A DNA stretch of 64,000 nt, taken from the IMG/VR virus record IMGVR_UViG_3300025684_000011; one strand, written 5' to 3'. This DNA is from a virus. The notes below the pieces were generated by a model, which did no database searches, had not been told where the DNA came from, and saw only the letters and a list, made by a program, of their open reading frames with translations. Shown here in pieces: positions 57,965 through 64,000 of the stretch (position 1 is its first letter; every line of letters starts with the position of its first letter). The translations under genes were made by a program, and so were the position numbers.

Positions 57965-58798
57965 ATGGCTGAAAAGTATACAGCAACTGAATGGGCAACA
58001 ATGGAAGGTGGGCATACCGTAGAACCTCTTACAGAAGATTCATTTTCTTTTATCAAAGAAAATTGTAATGAAAGTAAAATGTTTCGAAACACACATCTTA
58101 ATTCTTTAACATTAAGAGATGCAGTTGATGCCGCTTTTTTAAATATGACAACATTGTATATGTTATCATGTGAATTTGAAACTGCTCCGTTTGCTCAAGA
58201 CTATGCTAGAAAAACCATGATATTTGGAAACTTTAGTCAAAGTCGTGTTAGTTCAACTGATTTATATCAAGCATTACATATGTCAATTTATAAAGATACT
58301 ACACAAGGTAACAAACTTAAAGCACCTGAGCAAAATGCCGCTTTAAGAGTTAGACTTCATATCAACGAAAAGATGATTAAAGACTTTTTAAGAGGTATTG
58401 CCTCTGGACGTTTAGATAAAACAACTGCAAAAAGACTTATGTATAGGCTTGAAAGCCAAATGAATATTACTATTAGTAACTATAAAAGTTTACGCAGGTT
58501 AATTACAGATTGGGAGCATCTTACTACCTTTCAAAAGCAAACCTGTGTAACTAGACTACTACAATATTATAGAACAAGGGGAAGACGTAGTGATATATTT
58601 GGAACTCTTTCAACCTTTGCTAATCATAAGTCCTGGGAATTAAAAGCAAAAGATAATGCAGAAGTTAAAGCAGTAGGACCGGCAAACGCAGTACACGGTA
58701 CTAGTTCTTCTACAAACTTTATATCAAGTATTGCAAAGGTAGGCGGTGCTGGAGTAGCAGGTTATGCCGCGGCGAGATTACTTGGCCGACTAAGGTAG
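57965..58798 (+). CDS. Hypothetical helical protein with Gly/Ala hydrophobic C-terminus
   Basis: 277 aa, SD AAGGA. Confidence 0.7.
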   Translation: MAEKYTATEWATMEGGHTVEPLTEDSFSFIKENCNESKMFRNTHLNSLTLRDAVDAAFLNMTTLYMLSCEFETAPFAQDYARKTMIFGNFSQSRVSSTDLYQALHMSIYKDTTQGNKLKAPEQNAALRVRLHINEKMIKDFLRGIASGRLDKTTAKRLMYRLESQMNITISNYKSLRRLITDWEHLTTFQKQTCVTRLLQYYRTRGRRSDIFGTLSTFANHKSWELKAKDNAEVKAVGPANAVHGTSSSTNFISSIAKVGGAGVAGYAAARLLGRLR

Positions 58799-58802
58799 TA
58801 AA

Positions 58803-59228
58803 ATGACAGCAGTTAGTAAAAGATCTTGGAGTATTCCTGGCTCTCATTTTGGTGGAGATCCAGAATTCTATTCTTGTTGGACGTTATATGATATAAGCAA
58901 TGACGAAGGAAAATCATCAGAAAATTTAGAAAAACTTATGGGTATTGCAACAGCAAGATCTCAGCCTATTCTTGCTGGAGTAGAAATGATTATTGACCAA
59001 GATGTCACAAACGGGCTATTTGGCAGTAAGTTTACAGGAAAACATAATGTATGGACTTACAAATGGATTGTCGACAAAGTAGGTATCATGACAGAAGACA
59101 CACTTAACAAAGAAGCACATGGACTTACTATGCATGTAGGGTTACAAGAAACTGCTAAGTTAACTAAGCAGATATATACCAGGGGTGTTAATACAAACAT
59201 GTTCTTTGTCCGGCATGATTCCTTATAA
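58803..59228 (+). CDS. Hypothetical protein
   Basis: 141 aa ORF in an operon. Confidence 0.7.
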   Translation: MTAVSKRSWSIPGSHFGGDPEFYSCWTLYDISNDEGKSSENLEKLMGIATARSQPILAGVEMIIDQDVTNGLFGSKFTGKHNVWTYKWIVDKVGIMTEDTLNKEAHGLTMHVGLQETAKLTKQIYTRGVNTNMFFVRHDSL

Positions 59229-59363
59229 AGTCATAAATACCTAGTAAACAAAAACATAGAATCAAACAACTCATACTGGCTCACATTGGCACTTTACGGA
59301 CACTAAGCAGACTAACCTGCAAGAGCAACCCAGTCTATATTGCACTCAGTAAAGATAACAATA

Positions 59364-59660
59364 ATGAATAAAAAAATTAAAGTAGTATCCGGTGAGGCCG
59401 AAAATTTACAACTTCATGTTGAGCTATGTGCTGAACGTTATAATCGTATGGAAGAGAAATTCACTGGTTTAGAAAACAGATTAGATTATCTCCAAAACGA
59501 CTTCACAGAATTAAAAGAAAAAGCCGATTCAAATTTTAATGACCTAAAAGACTTAATCCACCAAACTGCTAATAAGAGATTTAACACCATGGTTACAACT
59601 ACTGGTACTGTAATTGTTGCCTTAATAGGTATGCTAGGTTATATAATTATTAATAACTAG
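59364..59660 (+). CDS. Coiled-coil protein with C-terminal transmembrane helix (possible lysis/holin-like)
   Basis: HVELCAERY, then a heptad region and TVIVALIGMLGYII. Confidence 0.6.
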   Translation: MNKKIKVVSGEAENLQLHVELCAERYNRMEEKFTGLENRLDYLQNDFTELKEKADSNFNDLKDLIHQTANKRFNTMVTTTGTVIVALIGMLGYIIINN

Positions 59661-59674
59661 TATTGGAGGCTTTA

Positions 59675-59995
59675 ATGGAGATTTTAGTAGAATCAAGAAT
59701 AGTATGGGCAAGATCCGGTAACAAGGTAAAACGTAAAATACGTTGTACTACCGGTAAACGTCGTGGCCGTATTGTCAGCACAGTCGGAGCCTGTAATAGA
59801 AGAATAGATATTAAAAAGAGGTATATCTTTAAACGTGCAAAGCAACGTTTTAAGTCTAGAATGTCTATTAAGCGTCAAAGAACAAAACGTTATAATCCAA
59901 TTTCGAGAAGAGTCAGACGATTAAACAGGCAAAAAGGGCATCGTAACCCTATTAGGCCAGGAATTGGACGTAAAACAACGATAAAAAGAAAATAG
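59675..59995 (+). CDS. Extremely basic (Arg/Lys) protein, probable DNA-binding core protein
   Basis: About 40 of 106 residues are K/R; SD GGAGG. Confidence 0.65.
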   Translation: MEILVESRIVWARSGNKVKRKIRCTTGKRRGRIVSTVGACNRRIDIKKRYIFKRAKQRFKSRMSIKRQRTKRYNPISRRVRRLNRQKGHRNPIRPGIGRKTTIKRK

Positions 59996-60050
59996 TTATA
60001 TAGTCTTATTTGGCTAAATAAAACAATAAACAGATACCAGGAGGTTTAAT

Positions 60051-60701
60051 ATGAAGTTTAACGATATTTCCAATAGTACAAGTCCAGCCCAAGCCGCTCG
60101 TGACGCATTATTGAAGCAAAGCATTGAGATTGATGAATCAGTTCAAGGATCTCAGCTAAGAGATCACTTAGGGGATCTACAAAAAGAACTTGATACATTA
60201 TCAAGCAAAGGTGGAGAAGAATACACTCGTGCAGTTTTACATAAAGCAGTCTATGAAGATTTAGCAAATGTAGATGCGGAGCCTATTTTTGAAGCAGAGC
60301 TTGGTGACGAAGATATTGAGCAAGCAGAAATTATTATTGCCGCTAACGGTCTTAGTAAAGAGTTCCAAGGCATGATTGAAGATTGTGCTGATATGCTCGG
60401 AAGTGACCTTATTACATTAGTTGATCAGATCAAGTCTAAGTTTGGCGATGGAGCCGGAGAACAATTTGGCACCTCAATTAGAGATTCATTGCAATCCGCA
60501 ATGGACGTTCTTACTACAACTAAAGACGGCGTTGACTCTGCTATTAATGGACTTAAAGATCCAATGTCTATACCAGCAACTGATGATGCAGGAATGGATG
60601 ATATGGCAGATACAGGAATGGATGATGAGGCAGTTATGCCCGCTATGTCCGGACCAGAAGAAGAGCCAACCGGTAGGGAACTAAAGAGTGAACTTGAGTG
60701 A
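60051..60701 (+). CDS. Acidic head/core-like protein
   Basis: 216 aa, SD AGGAGG, TAAATA at 60015, MKFNDI N-terminus. Confidence 0.6.
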   Translation: MKFNDISNSTSPAQAARDALLKQSIEIDESVQGSQLRDHLGDLQKELDTLSSKGGEEYTRAVLHKAVYEDLANVDAEPIFEAELGDEDIEQAEIIIAANGLSKEFQGMIEDCADMLGSDLITLVDQIKSKFGDGAGEQFGTSIRDSLQSAMDVLTTTKDGVDSAINGLKDPMSIPATDDAGMDDMADTGMDDEAVMPAMSGPEEEPTGRELKSELE

Positions 60702-61023
60702 GATAACATCAATTGATGGTGATTTTGCTAGTGCAATAAAAATGTTCTTGATAAGAGCATCATTAGATGGCAAAGATACCTTACCAATGGAAGAACTTGT
60801 CGGAATGTTAACAAAACTTGGGTTTCAAGCCAATGGACAAGAAACTGGAATTAGGAATTACATTACTACATTAAAAGGCAAGAATCCTGATTTAGTTTCT
60901 GACGTTAATGATACAGATGTAATTTTAACAACAATGCCAAGCGATCCTGGTGACGCTGAAGACAATGAAGAAAAAGTTGATGACATGGCATTACAGAACG
61001 CAAAGGCAGACTTAGGAATATGA
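60688..61023 (+). CDS. Hypothetical acidic protein
   Basis: 111 aa, GTG start overlapping the upstream gene. Confidence 0.65.
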   Translation: MNLSEITSIDGDFASAIKMFLIRASLDGKDTLPMEELVGMLTKLGFQANGQETGIRNYITTLKGKNPDLVSDVNDTDVILTTMPSDPGDAEDNEEKVDDMALQNAKADLGI

Positions 61024-61367
61024 GTAGAATATTTTATACAGCAACAGAAGCAAGATCTCAGGCACTTCAAGACCTGGTAATCTTAAACGAAGTAAGAGAT
61101 CTAGAAATTGCAGTAATAACAGCAACTGGAACAGGTGCTGTTGAAACCGAAGTGGTCACCTCAACCACCATGGCCGCTCTTTCCACCGATGCAAATTTTG
61201 TTACAGCATCAGAGTATTATGATACTTTACAAGGTACAAGAGATGATAGACAAAAATCTTTACAAATAACTAAAGTTATAAAGTACTTTGAAGACTTAGG
61301 ATATACCATAGATCCAATAACTAACCAATCCACTAATACTACCTTTAAATGGAAGATTTCCTGGTAA
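61020..61367 (+). CDS. Hypothetical protein
   Basis: 115 aa, ATGA overlap; ends YF..LGY.I.......TFKW.ISW. Confidence 0.7.
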   Translation: MSRIFYTATEARSQALQDLVILNEVRDLEIAVITATGTGAVETEVVTSTTMAALSTDANFVTASEYYDTLQGTRDDRQKSLQITKVIKYFEDLGYTIDPITNQSTNTTFKWKISW

Positions 61368-61375
61368 TTTTCTTC

Positions 61376-61404
61376 TTGACAATGTAGTAAAAATCTGTTA
61401 TACT
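61376..61404 (+). promoter_or_regulatory. Sigma70-type promoter; exonuclease ATG at predicted +1
   Basis: TTGACA-17nt-TATACT-6nt-ATG. Confidence 0.85.
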
Positions 61405-61410
61405 TAACAG

Positions 61411-62079
61411 ATGATAAAACATAATCTAATATACGACTATAAAAAATTAAATAGAATAGACGGTAAGCAACGTTTATACGAGACACCTGCTGGTGATAAA
61501 GTACCAAGTGTTACAACTATCTTATCAAAAACAGGCGATAATAGTGGTCTTATTGCTTGGCGTAAACGTGTAGGAAATGAAGAAGCAAATAGGATTTCAA
61601 AGGAATCAACTGGTTTAGGAACACTAGTACATACTCATGTTGAAAACTATCTACTAGGAAAAGATCGCCCGGGTGGTAAAAATCTTGTACATGAGATGGC
61701 TACTAAAATGGCAGATAAAATTATTAACGAAGGCTTACCAAGTGTAACAGAAGTATGGGGTATGGAAGTGCAATTATACTTTCCAGGCTTGTATGCTGGT
61801 ACAACAGACTTAGTTGGTATGTACGAAGGCGTTCCTGCAATTATGGATCACAAGACATCTAAAGCATTAAAGAAGCCTGAGTGGATGGAAGACTATTTTA
61901 TTCAGACCTGTGCATATGCTTTAGCACATAACGAATTATATGATACAGATATTAAAAAAGGCGTGTTGTTTATGACTACACGGGACGACAAGTACAAGAC
62001 TTATATAATTGAAGGAAACGACTTTAAGCTCTACACAGATAAGTGGCTGGATAGAGTGGAAACTTTTTATAATAGATAA
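61411..62079 (+). CDS. PD-(D/E)XK exonuclease (phage Cas4/MGME1-like)
   Basis: RLY.TP.G...PSVTTIL, GT..H...E, YAGTTDLV, IMDHKTS and Q..AYA motifs. Confidence 0.88.
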   Translation: MIKHNLIYDYKKLNRIDGKQRLYETPAGDKVPSVTTILSKTGDNSGLIAWRKRVGNEEANRISKESTGLGTLVHTHVENYLLGKDRPGGKNLVHEMATKMADKIINEGLPSVTEVWGMEVQLYFPGLYAGTTDLVGMYEGVPAIMDHKTSKALKKPEWMEDYFIQTCAYALAHNELYDTDIKKGVLFMTTRDDKYKTYIIEGNDFKLYTDKWLDRVETFYNR

Positions 62080-62103
62080 ATATATCTAATAGGCTGGCTA
62101 AAG

Positions 62104-62544
62104 ATGTACGATCAAACTTTTTGGGAGACAGATAAACATACTAGAATGTTGCTCTGGAGGGATTGGAGGAGTTCTATAGCAGAACTTCCAACTGATGCTT
62201 TATATGATAAAATTGCTTATTGGTGGAAAATGGTGCCAATGTCAGATAATACTATTGACATATGGGATGATAAATCCTGGCCTACACCATGGGAATTAAT
62301 TACATTTTCTAGTTTTTGTTATCCTAGTCGAGGGTTAGGAATATATTATACGTTGTCTCTAATAGGCAGAGAATCAGAGTTAATTCTTGCCCAAAAAGAC
62401 GGTGAAACAACTCTTCTGGTGAAATTAGAAGATAAAAAACTGTTAAATTACTATGAAGGAGAAGTTCTTGACACTTCTCAATATTCATATGAAGAATTAA
62501 GAATTTTCAGCTCTGCAGACATGCATAGACTGGTTAAAGTATAA
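62104..62544 (+). CDS. Hypothetical protein (possible transglutaminase-like fold)
   Basis: 146 aa; WPTPWELI....C....LG.YYTL. Confidence 0.6.
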   Translation: MYDQTFWETDKHTRMLLWRDWRSSIAELPTDALYDKIAYWWKMVPMSDNTIDIWDDKSWPTPWELITFSSFCYPSRGLGIYYTLSLIGRESELILAQKDGETTLLVKLEDKKLLNYYEGEVLDTSQYSYEELRIFSSADMHRLVKV

Positions 62545-62615
62545 CTGTATTGCATACTCGCAGATTAATAAGTATGCAACAAGAAAGAATAGAAATAGTT
62601 AAAGGAAATATAAAA

Positions 62616-64000
62616 ATGAATGATGTGGTAAACGTAGTAAAACGTAGTGGGGCAGTAGAGCCCTTAGATATTAATAAAATACATGTAATGGTAGAAGAAG
62701 CGTGTGAAGGATTAGCAGGGGTTAGTGTTTCCCAAGTAGAAATGAATGCAGATTTACAATTTACAGATAAGATTGCTACATCAGACATACAAGAGATTTT
62801 AGTTAGAAGTGCAAGTGATTTAATTAGTTTAGATCATCCAAACTATCAATATGTTGCGGCACGTTTATTGTTATATGGACTTCGCAAAGATGTATTTGGT
62901 AAGTTTGATTATGCTCCTCTTTATGACCTAGTAGTAGAAAATGTTAAACAAGGAGTATATGATGCTGAGTTATTAGAAATTTACTCAGAAGATGATTGGA
63001 GACAACTAGACGTATATATTAATCATGCTAGAGATTTAGATTTTACATTCGCCGGTATGAGGCAAGTAGCAGACAAGTATCTTGTACAAGATAGAAGCTC
63101 AGGACATATTTACGAAACTCCTCAATATATGTATATGTTGATTGCCGCTACTATATTTTCGAGTTATCCTTCTAATACAAGGTTATCATATATTCGCCGT
63201 TACTACGATGCAATTTCTACTTTTAAAATTAATATTCCGACACCCATTATGTCAGGTGTTCGCACTCCAATTAGGCAGTTTGCTTCCTGCGTTCTAGTAG
63301 ACGTCGATGATACGTTACCGTCAATTTTTAATAGTTCATCAGCAGTTGGATATTATATAGCTCAACGTGCAGGCATTGGACTTAACTTAGGTCGTGTTCG
63401 TAGTATCGGATCTAAAATTAGAGGTGGCGAAGTAGCACATACAGGAGTTATTCCTTTCTTAAAAGTTTTTGAATCTGTAGTTCGTTCATGTACACAAAAT
63501 GGTGTTCGTGGTGGAAGTGCTACAGTACACTTTCCTATATGGCATAAAGAAATTGAAGATATTATTGTACTAAAAAATAACAAAGGTACAGAAGATAACA
63601 GAGTGAGAAAGCTCGATTACTCAATACAGATCAGTAAGATCTTTTATGAAAGACTAATTCAAAGTAAACAGATTAGTCTTTTTTCACCTCACGATGCTCC
63701 AGGGTTATATGAAGCATTTGGTGACAATGAAAAGTTTGATGAGTTATATGTAAATTATGAGAATGATAAAAACGTACCTAGGACTGAAGTTTCAGCACAT
63801 GAACTGTTTTCAGGTATTCTAAAAGAACGTGCAGAAACAGGTCGAATTTATATTATGAATATTGACCATTGTAACTCTCATAGTAGCTTTGATGTTCCAG
63901 TTAAGATGAGTAACTTGTGTCAAGAAATTACATTGCCTACTACTCCTATTCAAGGACTAGAAGATGCATCGGGAGAAATTGCTTTATGTATTCTGAGTGC
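62616..64000 (+). CDS. nrdA: Class Ia ribonucleotide reductase alpha subunit (5' part, runs off the window)
   Basis: Hand translation: ATP cone VVKRSG..EPLDINKI, PTPIMSGVRTP.RQFASC, QNGVRGGSAT, SNLCQEI, IALC; SD AAAGGA. Confidence 0.95.
   Translation, partial: MNDVVNVVKRSGAVEPLDINKIHVMVEEACEGLAGVSVSQVEMNADLQFTDKIATSDIQEILVRSASDLISLDHPNYQYVAARLLLYGLRKDVFGKFDYAPLYDLVVENVKQGVYDAELLEIYSEDDWRQLDVYINHARDLDFTFAGMRQVADKYLVQDRSSGHIYETPQYMYMLIAATIFSSYPSNTRLSYIRRYYDAISTFKINIPTPIMSGVRTPIRQFASCVLVDVDDTLPSIFNSSSAVGYYIAQRAGIGLNLGRVRSIGSKIRGGEVAHTGVIPFLKVFESVVRSCTQNGVRGGSATVHFPIWHKEIEDIIVLKNNKGTEDNRVRKLDYSIQISKIFYERLIQSKQISLFSPHDAPGLYEAFGDNEKFDELYVNYENDKNVPRTEVSAHELFSGILKERAETGRIYIMNIDHCNSHSSFDVPVKMSNLCQEITLPTTPIQGLEDASGEIALCILS

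Noticed and set aside
8705-59674. Upstream-extended starts in the ORF track (8705, 33169, 38084, 43365, 43563, 47182, 49579, 53581, 59340, 59663)
   Set aside because: Extensions overlap neighbouring genes, terminators or promoters; downstream ATGs fit the promoter or SD positions better
61411-62079. Cas4-like nuclease as evidence of CRISPR-Cas
   Set aside because: Stand-alone PD-(D/E)XK exonuclease without the Fe-S cysteines; common in phages; no array or other cas genes
63362-63583. Minus-strand 73-aa ORF (and 62534-62788)
   Set aside because: Antisense to nrdA, which the ORF track missed because it lacks a stop within the window
36571-64000. Inteins, introns or homing endonucleases in terL, uvsX, uvsW, helicase or nrdA
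   Set aside because: Protein lengths and motif spacing are normal; no LAGLIDADG/HNH or splice-junction motifs seen
1-64000. Stop-codon reassignment, tRNA genes, or a diversity-generating retroelement
   Set aside because: Core genes are intact in code 11 and end in TAA, TAG or TGA; no cloverleaf seen by eye in the short intergenic gaps (tRNAscan not run); no reverse transcriptase or adenine-specific repeat pair

Overview
This AT-rich, gene-dense window is part of a large T4-like (contractile-tailed) dsDNA phage genome in the standard genetic code. In order it holds: a tape-measure-like gene; the head module (portal gp20, core, protease gp21, scaffold gp22, major capsid gp23); a holin-like gene; four repeat-rich tail-fibre genes; glycosyltransferase and Nudix genes; neck and tail genes (gp15, gp14, gp13, sheath gp18, tube gp19, gp48/54-like, gp4-like); the terminase; a replication/recombination block (gp32, UvsX, UvsY, AAA ATPase, UvsW, primase, gp41 helicase); a cluster of probable internal-head proteins; an exonuclease; and the 5' part of nrdA, which is missing from the ORF track because it runs off the window. 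Main observations: (1) a 194-aa miniature DnaE (family C polymerase) core that keeps all three catalytic aspartates; (2) two promoter classes, sigma70-type and a T4-late-like TAA(A/G)TA, where many genes have the ATG exactly at the predicted +1, suggesting systematic leaderless mRNAs; (3) a ligase-superfamily nucleotidyltransferase among putative capsid-targeted proteins; (4) inverted IHF-consensus sites ahead of an early operon; (5) several candidate structured RNA leaders. All product calls come from motif recognition by eye, not database searches.
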